DNA of 54,267 nucleotides from a virus (Duplodnaviria; Caudoviricetes): IMG/VR virus record IMGVR_UViG_3300049893_000997, positions 1 to 54,267 of that record; one strand, 5' to 3'. Shown piece by piece: positions 17,343 to 27,200 of this stretch (position 1 is its first letter; each line of letters starts with the position of its first letter). The notes under the pieces were generated by a model. It saw only the letters and a program-made list of their open reading frames with translations, ran no database searches and was not told where the DNA came from. The position numbers and the translations under genes were made by a program.

Positions 17343-17594
17343 ATGTTTTGTGACGCACCATTTTGCGATCTGCCCTTCGCTTCGTTTGTAATTGAAGTTG
17401 GTTTAACAAATGGAGAGATATTCTATTTTGATGCGGACATAAACCAATCGGATTCGTTTATTTTGGAAATTCAACAATCGACCGGCCTTACGTTTAGTCT
17501 CAATTTAGGTGAAAGTTTTGTTTTAGATATTCAGCAGTCAGAAAACTTTGTTTTGTCTCTACAACAAGATTCTGGATTTTTACAAATTCGATAG
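17343..17594 (+). CDS. Small hypothetical virion protein with 10-aa repeats
   Basis: MFCDAPFCDLPF N-terminus followed by five xIQQSxxFxL-like units. Confidence 0.65.
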   Translation: MFCDAPFCDLPFASFVIEVGLTNGEIFYFDADINQSDSFILEIQQSTGLTFSLNLGESFVLDIQQSENFVLSLQQDSGFLQIR

Positions 17595-17607
17595 ATCATG
17601 GTGACTT

Positions 17608-17913
17608 ATGGCTAGTGAAATACATGTAAACGATGTTGGCACTCAATTGATAATTACCATAAAAGATGATGGGGTGGTGGTGGATATTTCCGCCGCGAGT
17701 CTGCTACAGATTATTCTTAAAAAGCCAGATGGTAAGTCTTATACGAAAACAGGAACATTCTATACGAATGGCACTGATGGAAAAATGACGTATACTTCTA
17801 TTGATGGCGATTTTAATGTGCCGGGAAATTATAAGATACAGGGCAAAGTGACCTTGGCGGGCGGAACATATTATTCCAGCATATCGGATTTTCAGGTATA
17901 TTGTAATCTATAA
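17608..17913 (+). CDS. BppU N-terminal-like Ig-fold virion protein
   Basis: NDVGT.L.ITI.DDG..VDIS...KKPDG...DG...Y....GDFN.PG.Y.IQ pattern. Confidence 0.65.
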   Translation: MASEIHVNDVGTQLIITIKDDGVVVDISAASLLQIILKKPDGKSYTKTGTFYTNGTDGKMTYTSIDGDFNVPGNYKIQGKVTLAGGTYYSSISDFQVYCNL

Positions 17914-17924
17914 GGAGAACCTTT

Positions 17925-18452
17925 ATGTCTTGGCAAGGTGAGATGACCACTATCGTTCGAACATTAATTGATGATATTGACTCTACCAACTATACATATT
18001 CTAACAAAAGGCTTGAGACAACGGTTTTGGTGGCAGCACAAATTGTTTTAACCGAAGTGGATTTTGAGAATACATATACCGTGGATGTGGAACAATGTTA
18101 TCTTAACCCTGACCCAACTGATCCAACTACCGGACTCGCTACCGCCAACAAGGATGACGCTTTCATTAATATTGTATCTTTAAAAACCGCCTGTTTGATA
18201 ATGGGAAGCGAACTAAAAACTCAAGCACTAAATGCGGTCAAGGTTGTTGATGGTCCTAGCAGTATAGATTTTACTGCTGTAGCATCAAATATTCGTTATT
18301 TATATGATTATGCTTGCAAAAACTATGAGGAATATAAGTTCAACTATGCAGCCGGAAATAATGCTGTTGGCAAGGCGATCCTTAGTCCTTACTCGCCAGG
18401 GAGCAATGTTATTTATAGATACAATACTTCGTTTAGACAATACTTTAGATAG
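17925..18452 (+). CDS. Head-tail adaptor (neck) protein
   Basis: IVRTLIDD...YS..RL helical N-terminus; strong RBS; position between head and tail genes. Confidence 0.6.
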   Translation: MSWQGEMTTIVRTLIDDIDSTNYTYSNKRLETTVLVAAQIVLTEVDFENTYTVDVEQCYLNPDPTDPTTGLATANKDDAFINIVSLKTACLIMGSELKTQALNAVKVVDGPSSIDFTAVASNIRYLYDYACKNYEEYKFNYAAGNNAVGKAILSPYSPGSNVIYRYNTSFRQYFR

Positions 18453-18461
18453 GAGATTATT

Positions 18462-18668
18462 ATGCCCGATGATGTAATCACAAAAGCAAAAGCTGCCAAT
18501 AACTATAAGAACGGCGGCGTTATGGTATCCGTGGATGTTGTTGGTGTTACGGCCAACCATACCATTGATCCAAAGATAAACAAGACCCAGGTAATTATTT
18601 CTCAGTCTGGAACATTAGATGCCAGATTTGATGATGTTAGATACTATAGTGGAGATTCAATAACCTGA
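18462..18668 (+). CDS. Hypothetical protein
   Basis: AGGAG RBS; TGATG coupling to the next gene. Confidence 0.7.
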   Translation: MPDDVITKAKAANNYKNGGVMVSVDVVGVTANHTIDPKINKTQVIISQSGTLDARFDDVRYYSGDSIT

Positions 18669-19147
18669 TGGTTACTATACCTTCTATTTTAGGCACTAAA
18701 TATGCGGAGATTATGGATTCTATGTTAGAATCCGATATTTTCACTGTATCGTGTAAGTTAGTTTATAACGAAGAGATGCAAGTGATCAGTGATCCTATGC
18801 CGTCTCTAAGAAATCAAAAAACAATGAACTTGCAAGATATGCATCCTAGTTCTCCATTCAAAAGGGGAGCCTCCTCGTTTAAAGTTGTTGAAACCACAGA
18901 AGATATTTCCTTACGTATGTACTGGGATAAAAGAGATTTTCAGAAATTTGGTCATATTCAAGTTCCAGACGGTAGTGTTATGACGATTACAAAATATTCT
19001 AATTTAGACAAAATGAATAAGGCTATTGCATTGCTTGTTTGTACAGACAAAACAGACCATCAGGAATGGCGGTTTATTAAATCCGCAGAACCGATTGTGC
19101 ATGGTTTAAACAACAACTATCTTATGTGTTTTTGGGGAAGAGCATAA
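18668..19147 (+). CDS. Putative head closure protein
   Basis: 159 aa, beta-rich; call is from synteny within the neck block. Confidence 0.45.
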   Translation: MVTIPSILGTKYAEIMDSMLESDIFTVSCKLVYNEEMQVISDPMPSLRNQKTMNLQDMHPSSPFKRGASSFKVVETTEDISLRMYWDKRDFQKFGHIQVPDGSVMTITKYSNLDKMNKAIALLVCTDKTDHQEWRFIKSAEPIVHGLNNNYLMCFWGRA

Positions 19148-19791
19148 TGTTACGAGCCTCATTAACTGTAGTCGATGAAAAGGAACTTGCATTAGCAGCT
19201 TTAGATTTAGCATCTAAGGTTAAGTTGGATATTGGTAAGATTGATATGAAGAAACTCAGGCCCGCCATAGGGCTATTGTTGACAAAAGCTTTAAATTCAT
19301 CTCCAACTGTTGAATCTTTGAGATCTGGTTCGCTGCGTGACGATCTTGGTCTTTATGGTGATCTTGTTGATCAAGCTATAGATGGAATCATTAAGGTGTT
19401 GGTGAAGAATATTTCTATCGAACAAATTGCCGCCAAGAAGGGTAACCGAATTCAGATTAAGATTATGCCAGAAGATATTAACGAGTTAATTAATGTTCCG
19501 GGATCTAGTTATGAGACTGAAGAATATGGTAGTATACCTTGGCTTGAATGGTTATTAACAAAAGGTTCGCGTGTAATTTTAAGTAAGTTTTGGATTTTTC
19601 CTCATGCTAAGGGCAGCACACGTTCCGGCGGCAAAAAAGTGATGCAGAAGATTTCAAATAATCCAAGAGATCCGTTTAGAGTTGATCCGTCTCATTCTGG
19701 TACTCGCACAAACAATTTTATTACTAGGGCCATAGACACGGTTTATGATGATATTGTCAATTTGATTAATATTGGACCCGGAGCAGTATAA
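19147..19791 (+). CDS. Putative neck/tail completion protein
   Basis: TAATG coupling at 19147; PWLEWLL..G and NNFITRAI motifs; call is from synteny. Confidence 0.5.
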   Translation: MLRASLTVVDEKELALAALDLASKVKLDIGKIDMKKLRPAIGLLLTKALNSSPTVESLRSGSLRDDLGLYGDLVDQAIDGIIKVLVKNISIEQIAAKKGNRIQIKIMPEDINELINVPGSSYETEEYGSIPWLEWLLTKGSRVILSKFWIFPHAKGSTRSGGKKVMQKISNNPRDPFRVDPSHSGTRTNNFITRAIDTVYDDIVNLINIGPGAV

Positions 19792-20744
19792 TGTCAACGC
19801 TCAAAGGATTCTCCACTTTTGGTGACGCAACGGTTACTACTCATGTGCGAGAAAATCTTATTTCATTTTTTGATTATGGACTTGTGGAAAAATCAGCATT
19901 TGTCAATGTAGATATTCCTTCTAGTGGTTATTATGGTGGAGAATCACACAAATTAGCTTTGGTGGATGATCACAGATATCAATATGGACAGGTATGGGAA
20001 GGTTTTCGTTCAAATTGGCTATGGGAGAGCGGAGTTGGAGGATATACAAGCACTAATAGTGCTACTCCTGGCGTATCCGGAGTTTATGTAAACAATGTAT
20101 TTTATCCAGTTTCTACTACTGGAACATATGCCCATCATATTAATCATCCATTAGGTAGAGTTGTTTTTGATAATCCGATTCCTACCGGATCTATCGTCAC
20201 ATGTAGATATAGTTACAAATTTGTGAATGTTACTAAAGCGGATGGATTAGAGTGGTTCAAGCAAATTCAACAAAATTCAGAAAGGCCAGATAATCCTAAT
20301 TTCATTAATAATGAGGGTGAATGGGGTATGCTGGCAGATAATAGACTTCAATTGCCAGCTATTGGGATAGAGGTCGTAAATTATAGGACTATGACTCCGC
20401 ACGCTCTTGGCGGGGGTCAGCATGTTATTACGGACTTTGTTTTACATTGTGTAGCAGAGGACGTTTATACCAGGGATCATTTAATTGATATTGTGACATT
20501 ACAAAATGATAAGATTTTAAAGTCATACAGCTTAGACAAAATTTCTACAGATAATGCATTTCCATTAGATTATCGAGGAGTTCCAATATCTGGTGCTTTA
20601 TTATATCCAGATTTAATTTCTCAATATGAAGGAAATCATATCCGCATTTTTAATGCTAGTATAGATTCTACTTATCCTTTAGGCACAAATATCCATGTTG
20701 GTTCAGTTCGAATAAAAACAGAAGTCATACTTTTTGGCGTATAA
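19791..20744 (+). CDS. Putative tail terminator protein with inserted beta domain
   Basis: LQLPAIGIE...LGGG...FVLHCVAED...RD.LID pattern directly before the tail tube gene. Confidence 0.55.
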   Translation: MSTLKGFSTFGDATVTTHVRENLISFFDYGLVEKSAFVNVDIPSSGYYGGESHKLALVDDHRYQYGQVWEGFRSNWLWESGVGGYTSTNSATPGVSGVYVNNVFYPVSTTGTYAHHINHPLGRVVFDNPIPTGSIVTCRYSYKFVNVTKADGLEWFKQIQQNSERPDNPNFINNEGEWGMLADNRLQLPAIGIEVVNYRTMTPHALGGGQHVITDFVLHCVAEDVYTRDHLIDIVTLQNDKILKSYSLDKISTDNAFPLDYRGVPISGALLYPDLISQYEGNHIRIFNASIDSTYPLGTNIHVGSVRIKTEVILFGV

Positions 20745-20745
20745 A
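20735..20745 (+). promoter_or_regulatory. Putative late promoter TGGCGTATAAA
   Basis: TGGnGTAT copy overlapping the preceding stop codon, 36 nt before the tail tube ATG. Confidence 0.5.
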
Positions 20746-20778
20746 CAATAAACCGCCCCCTTTTTGGAGTAATTTACT

Positions 20779-21978
20779 ATGCCCAGGCCAAATAATACAA
20801 ATAGACGAGTTTTTTACGCTACACAAGCTGTTGCTGTGGGCGATATGGGTGCATCCGGGGTTCAAGATAGTTGGAAGCCATCCGTTGGAGGCTCAGATTT
20901 TACATCTCAGAATCTTGTAAACATTGCTCACGGTTTGCAATCCATTGGTGTTACCACAAATTTCAATCTAGAACAAATCTTTGAACTTGGACAACTTTCT
21001 CTATACGAGAACTATGAAGAAGTTCCAGAGATCGAAGTTACGTTTGAAAAAGTGCTTGACGGGTATTCGCTAATGTACCATTTAGGTACAGTTGATGCTA
21101 CTAGTCCAACATTAGTTGGTAGAAGCAACGCAAGGGCCGATATTCGCATGGCCGTTGGTTTTGATACAAATGATTATATGGCCGCGGGAGTAAATTCCGG
21201 AGTGGCTGAACTATACTGCTCCGGAATGTATATTAGTTCGGTTTCCTACACATTAGGAACAGATGGAAACTTTACAGAATCAACAACATTCGTTGGCAAC
21301 GAAAAGCAATGGATCACAACCGCGGATAGTGGCGGTCTATTAACAAGTGATGCCACAGGTGCATTAATTGCTGCACTTAGCACGGGCGTATTTGGTAGTG
21401 ATGCTCCTGTGGGCGTTGGTAACAGTGTGCTGCGTCGTCAGAATCTAGTAATTGGCAGCACTGGTAGAACTTATGGTAGTGGAACTTTCAGAACAGAAGT
21501 TCCAAATATTCTAGAAGGCGGAAGTGCTGGCTCACTCACAAATTCTAAGTACATTATTCCAGGTAGTGGTCCATTTATTCAGTCTGTGAGTATTAGCTGC
21601 GATCTTGGTCGTGAAAATATTCAGCAGCTTGGCAAGAAGGCTCCGTATTATCGATATGTTGCATTCCCTGTGGATGTTACATGCGATATCGAAGTAACTG
21701 CAACCGCTGGTGACAATGTTGACGCGGCCGAAGAAGGTGGTGCTACAGGTAAGAATCTGTCTAATCACTCTATTCAGATTGTTCTAGATGATAGCACAGT
21801 TTTCCAGCTTGGAAAGAAGAATAAACTAACTAGTGTCACATATGGTGGTGGTGATGCTGGTGGTGGTAATGCCACAATCACATATAGTTTCACCAATTCT
21901 AATGATTTAGTTGTTCTTCACTCTGGCGATCCAATGACATTAGCATCTGCTAGTTACTGGAAAGATTGGTTTGCATGA
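20779..21978 (+). CDS. Major tail tube protein
   Basis: GLQSIGVTTNFNLEQIFELGQ and IQSVSISCDLGRENIQQLG form an internal duplication typical of tube proteins; followed by a hairpin, chaperones and the tape measure. Confidence 0.75.
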   Translation: MPRPNNTNRRVFYATQAVAVGDMGASGVQDSWKPSVGGSDFTSQNLVNIAHGLQSIGVTTNFNLEQIFELGQLSLYENYEEVPEIEVTFEKVLDGYSLMYHLGTVDATSPTLVGRSNARADIRMAVGFDTNDYMAAGVNSGVAELYCSGMYISSVSYTLGTDGNFTESTTFVGNEKQWITTADSGGLLTSDATGALIAALSTGVFGSDAPVGVGNSVLRRQNLVIGSTGRTYGSGTFRTEVPNILEGGSAGSLTNSKYIIPGSGPFIQSVSISCDLGRENIQQLGKKAPYYRYVAFPVDVTCDIEVTATAGDNVDAAEEGGATGKNLSNHSIQIVLDDSTVFQLGKKNKLTSVTYGGGDAGGGNATITYSFTNSNDLVVLHSGDPMTLASASYWKDWFA

Positions 21979-21990
21979 TAGCATGATAGT

Positions 21991-22018
21991 GCGAGAGGAG
22001 GCATATGCCTCCTCTCGC
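21991..22018. terminator. Perfect 28-bp palindrome after the tail tube gene (terminator or RNA stability hairpin)
   Basis: GCGAGAGGAGGCATATGCCTCCTCTCGC is its own reverse complement; only a delayed short T-run follows. Confidence 0.65.
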
Positions 22019-22038
22019 GGGAATTTTAGGATGGAAAA

Positions 22039-23049
22039 TTGGAATATATTCATAGCCTTATATCTGGTATTGTGCTATTTAAACTAAGGGGATTCTATAT
22101 CTACGTAAAACCGTTTTCCGCAGAAGATAAGACTTTTGCGGATTTTTTTTCTAACGAGCAATATGACGATGCTTTACTGGATGGAATTTGGACACAAAAG
22201 GATGCCGAGATGCATTTAATTTCTACAGGATATTGGTCACAAGTCGATGAGGATCGAATCAAGGAAATAGAACAAAATCTAGATAATATGAAAGTTGACT
22301 ACTTTAATAACTTCTATAACTCTACTACCAAAGAGTATATTAAAAGAAACATAGAATCTCAGAATAAACAATATTCAGATTTACATACCAAGAAACATGT
22401 GTTTTACGATAAAACATGCGACTATATTAAGCAATATTCTTATACGAGCTATTTACTACAAAAAAATGCCTACATTATGGATGCTGGTTTGGCATCAAAG
22501 AAATTCAATATCAACACAATCTACAACAAATATTCATCTGTTGTATATGATATGAATTCAAAAATCAGATCAATAGCCAAAAGCGATGAATGGAAGAGTC
22601 GATGGTTTGCTGCAAAAAACTCAGTATTTGACAACCCGACCTCATCATTTACTGATCTTCAATATTCTATAATTTCATGGTCTAATTACTATGATAATAT
22701 TTTGCAGTCTATGGAAAAACCATCCGATGAGATTATCGAGGATGATATTGCGTTAGATGGTTGGTCCATAATACAAAGACGCAAACGAAAAGAAGAGGAC
22801 AAGAAAGCTAATGCAGAGAAGATGCTTCCAGACAAAATGAAGGGTGCTGGAGAAATTTTTATTCCGGCACGTAATTCCAAGGAAGCATCCGATGTTATGA
22901 GTTTGAATGATCGAGAGGCTCTATCTAGGATTAAGTCGTTAAGGAAGGATCTGGCGGAGCATGGTGCTGTGCAAGAAAGTGACTTAACCTCGACTAGGAG
23001 AGATTTGCAAATGCAAGGTTTACAAATGAGTAAAGAGAGGAGACGATAA
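22039..23049 (+). CDS. Putative tail assembly chaperone
   Basis: Helical; PSDEIIEDDIALDGW motif; TTG start; lies between tube and tape measure. Confidence 0.5.
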   Translation: MEYIHSLISGIVLFKLRGFYIYVKPFSAEDKTFADFFSNEQYDDALLDGIWTQKDAEMHLISTGYWSQVDEDRIKEIEQNLDNMKVDYFNNFYNSTTKEYIKRNIESQNKQYSDLHTKKHVFYDKTCDYIKQYSYTSYLLQKNAYIMDAGLASKKFNINTIYNKYSSVVYDMNSKIRSIAKSDEWKSRWFAAKNSVFDNPTSSFTDLQYSIISWSNYYDNILQSMEKPSDEIIEDDIALDGWSIIQRRKRKEEDKKANAEKMLPDKMKGAGEIFIPARNSKEASDVMSLNDREALSRIKSLRKDLAEHGAVQESDLTSTRRDLQMQGLQMSKERRR

Positions 23050-23050
23050 C

Positions 23051-23362
23051 GTGGATAGGAAACAAGAAATAGTTGGTGAGCGGTCTAAAACCCGACTCAA
23101 GAAAGAGGTTAAAAAGCGTATTCAAACCGCCTTTATAGGCTCTCTTTCTAGTATTGAAAAGTATTTTGGATTTTTATGGGGCGAAGATTCCGACCAAGAA
23201 TTAACCAAAGAGCAAATGAAAATGCGAGATATTTTTGAAGATTTAAGAACCGAAGTACTTGATAAGGGCAATGCTCAGATTAGGAACGCGGATTTAGAAA
23301 TAGATAACTACGACGTATCGTGGAATAAGTATCACATCAATTTACCAATCAAGAGAATTTAA
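23051..23362 (+). CDS. Hypothetical protein (tail assembly region)
   Basis: Tightly packed ORF with a GTG start. Confidence 0.7.
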   Translation: MDRKQEIVGERSKTRLKKEVKKRIQTAFIGSLSSIEKYFGFLWGEDSDQELTKEQMKMRDIFEDLRTEVLDKGNAQIRNADLEIDNYDVSWNKYHINLPIKRI

Positions 23363-23380
23363 GATAATAAGGGAGGAACG

Positions 23381-24214
23381 ATGGCTAAGAAAGACGAAAA
23401 GCGGTTCACTTTTGAAAATAAAGACTATGTAATTCGCCCAATTAGTGCTTCTAGTGCGGTAGAAGCCCAGAAGGTTTATAACAGGACATTCAAGCGTGCT
23501 ATCGAAGAGGGTGCTATTCTGAAAAAGAGTCTTGAGGACCATATGCGTCGTCAAGGTTTGTGGGATGATGCGAAGCAAGAGGAGTATGAGAATTTGCTAA
23601 AGAAGAGTGCGGATATCGAGTACAAGATCAAGACCGGAGAATATAAGAAAGCTTCTCAATTAAGAGAAAAGGGTATTGAACTCAAAAGACTTCGCAACGA
23701 ACTCTCTTCTTTATTGCTTGTTCGAAACTCAATGGATAGTAATACCGCCGATGGACAAGCAGATAATGAGCGATTTTTCTATCTGATTACCGCGTGTGTA
23801 TATGATTATGAAACTCAAAAACCGGTGTATACATCGCTGGATGATTATCATGAAAAATCAGAAACAGAACTAGCACTAAAGTGTGCTTCCGAGTTTGCTA
23901 ATTATGCATATGGTCTTGAAGAGAATTTTGAAGATTCTCTAATAGAGAATAGGCTTCTTAAAAAACTAGGACTGCTCAATGATAAAGGTCAATTAACAAA
24001 CAAGCACGGTCAGCGGGTTGATCTTGACGGCAACCTTCTTAATGAAGAGGGTTCTAGAATTGACAAGGATGGTAATCGTATAGACATCAATAATAATCCT
24101 GTTATAGACGATAGCGTTATTGACAATTTGCAATTTGAAGATGATCTGGAGGAAGATACTGTAGAGGAAAAGCCAGTTAAAAAGAAGGCTCGCCCGGTAG
24201 AAACCAAAGAATAA
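23381..24214 (+). CDS. Putative tail assembly chaperone
   Basis: GGGAGG RBS; N-terminal G.W...E segment resembles 22039..23049; short D..G.R repeats and an acidic tail; directly before the tape measure. Confidence 0.5.
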   Translation: MAKKDEKRFTFENKDYVIRPISASSAVEAQKVYNRTFKRAIEEGAILKKSLEDHMRRQGLWDDAKQEEYENLLKKSADIEYKIKTGEYKKASQLREKGIELKRLRNELSSLLLVRNSMDSNTADGQADNERFFYLITACVYDYETQKPVYTSLDDYHEKSETELALKCASEFANYAYGLEENFEDSLIENRLLKKLGLLNDKGQLTNKHGQRVDLDGNLLNEEGSRIDKDGNRIDINNNPVIDDSVIDNLQFEDDLEEDTVEEKPVKKKARPVETKE

Positions 24215-24225
24215 GGTAATTTACA

Positions 24226-27200
24226 ATGGCTTATGATCTTTCTATGCAGATTAATTTGCAGAAACCATCACCCACCAATCTCACAGAAATTAGAAATTCT
24301 ATAGAGAAGGGACTAAAGGGCATTAATGTTGGTGCTGCAATAAGAAGTGCTACCGCCGGAAAACCAATAAAAATTCCGATTACGCCTACTGTATTTAAGA
24401 AAGACATTGATAGTATCAAGCAATCAATAGCTCTCGGTTTAGGGAAAACCCCCTTTTCCGTTGGCATAAAAGCTTCGAAGCAGGATGTAAAAACTATTAG
24501 AAGCTTTATTCAGAGTGGAATTGGCACAATACCAATAACTACAAAAATCTTCAAAAGCAATGTTACTGATATTCGTAAAACAATAATAGGTAAGATTGGT
24601 GTTGTGCCAATTACTATCAAGGTATTCAACTCCAATATTAAGCAGATTAGGCAACAAATTCAAGCTGGTTTGCAAAATATTACGGTTAGTGTTAACACTA
24701 CCGGTGCTGGAGGGGCTGGAGGCGGTAGCGGACGAGGAGGACGCGGCGGTGCTGGAGGTGCCGGAAGAGGTGGTGGCGGGGGTGGTATTGGCCGACAGGC
24801 CGCGGGCATATCACAGAGTTTAAGGGATGCTACGGATAGTGGTAATTCATTTTTTGATGCAATTACTGGCAAGGCACGTAGTTTTGCGGCATATGCTGTG
24901 GCTAGTACCGCTATTTTGAAACTTAGTGGGGCGGTTTCCAATGCAACAAACGAGGCGATTAAATATGAAAAGGAATTGATCAATATCGCACAAACTACCG
25001 GAGATTCTATAGAAAGAACCAAGTCTTTTTCTGATGCGTTAGTAGATATATCCACAAAGTACAATGTAAACCTGAGCCAAGTTGCAAAACTAACAAGAAC
25101 TCTAGCACAGGCGGGTCTTAGTTTTTCGGAAGCCTCAAAGGGTGCTGAGATTCTTGCTAGAACAAGTTTGCTCGCTGGCTTTGATAGTCTTACCAGCACA
25201 ACAGAAGGTTTAATTGCGGTAATGTCCACCTTCAATCTTACCGTGACTAGTGCGGGTAAGGTTCTTGAGTCGATCAACGCAGTATCCAAAGCATACGCGG
25301 TTGAGTCAACCGACCTTGTAGAGTCTATTAAGCGAACCGGTGGTGCATTTAGTGTTGCTGGCGGAACAGTAGAAGAACTTATTGCTTTAATTACCGCTGT
25401 ACGATCAACCACGCGAGAAAGTGCTGAAACTATTTCTACTGGTTTCAGAACAATCTTTGGTCGTTTGCAAAGACCCAAGACAATTGAATACTTTAAGAAG
25501 CTTGGTATCGAATTAGAGGACGCGGAAGGCAAGTTCATCGGACCATATCAATCAATTATTGCCATTAATAAGGGACTGGAACAGCTAGGAATTACTACTG
25601 GAACAGTAAAATTTGCAGAAGTTGTCGAACAAATTGGTGGTATTCGTCAAATTAGCAAGGTGGTTCCTCTATTAACACAGACTAAAAAAGCCCAAGAGGC
25701 TTTAAATGTAGCTAATAATGCTAGTGAGGAGAGCATTAAGGACTTGGAAAAGGCACAACAAGGTCTTGGATATAAACTTGGTACATTACAGAAAGAGTTT
25801 GCAGCATTGATTTCGGAAGTTGTAGACTCTAAAGGATTTAAGACTCTGGCCGATATCTTTATCGGTTTATCAAAATCTGTAATACAGTTCACAAGCACTC
25901 TTAAGCCACTAATGTCAGCATTAGCACCTATTATGGGTGCAGTTGCTGGTAGAGTATTAGGACAGAGTTTACAAGGCAAAGGATTTTCTGAAACTTATGG
26001 TAGTGGTAGAGCGGCGGCTCGACGTAGAAACAGAATTCAAGGCAGAATGAGTAATATTGGTGGATTGGGCGGTGCTGCTGGACCATATGCGACCTCACAG
26101 CAACAGGATGTAGCAAATTTTTATCAAAACCAACTTAATGCCATCCCCGCATCAAGAAGAGGTCGTCGCAGATACGCATCTGGTGGAACGGTTCCAGGAA
26201 GCGGTAGCGGAGATACTGTTCCGGCTATGTTAACTCCTGGCGAGTTTGTGATTAATAAGAAATCCGCACAAGCTATTGGTTATAGCAATCTTGCGAAAAT
26301 CAATAAATACGCCGATGGAGGTTTAGTCGAAGGAAAAACTACAAAAGAAGCATACTTATATCATGCATCGAATTCAGGCAAAGATAACCGAGTGATAGAA
26401 TCCTTATTAAAGGGAGGGGCAAGGTCCGATATTGCACATGGATATGGGCAAGGTTCTGGATTCTATTTATATACTAATGTACAAAAGGCATATGATCACG
26501 CTCTTGGACTATCAGACCCTACTGCACTGACGGGAGCAGAACAAGGGGGGAAACCGTTTGTCGCATGGTTTGTCGAAAAACTTACTCCAAAAAGGTGGAA
26601 TCTTGATTATGAGTATAATAGTCCATTAGTTACAAAATGGATTACAGATAATTATGATCAACTGAAACGGTATCTGGAGGGACAAAAAATTGATCATCCA
26701 GAATTTCCATCACAATTGCCAGCAATCACAGTCAAGGGAATTACGCAACAGAATAAAGGAATTTCTCTTGAGGTTGCTGATAAATCTGGAAGAACACAAC
26801 TAGATGAAGTTTTATCGAATCAATCGGGCAATGTAAAAACTGGACGATATTTAGGTCAAATTATCAGTCATTTAAGAAATAATGATCCGAATATAGTTTA
26901 TAATTTTGAAGGATGGGCTCTTGAGAATGTTGCAGAGAAAAAATTCAAAAGTGATATCAAAGGAATTAAATATGTTGGTAAAGAACCATTAAAGCCGTTT
27001 TCAATTCAAACATATGATGAAGCAAATGACTTTTGGAGGACAGTAAAAAATGATGATTGGAGTCTATCAAAATTTGCTAAAGGAGGTGCTGTTGGTACAG
27101 ACACTGTGCCCGCTATGTTAACTCCCGGCGAGTACGTTATCAATAAAAAATCCGCACAAGCTTTTGGATATGGAAATCTTGAAAAGGTGAATAGGTATGC

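Noticed and set aside
22039-24214. Programmed frameshift between tail assembly chaperones
   Set aside because: The ORFs are separate with their own starts, and I found no convincing slippery heptamer at their ends.
24660-25538. 292-aa antisense ORF inside the tape measure
   Set aside because: Shadow frame of a codon-biased gene, with no recognisable motif. The same applies to the other short antisense ORFs in the track.
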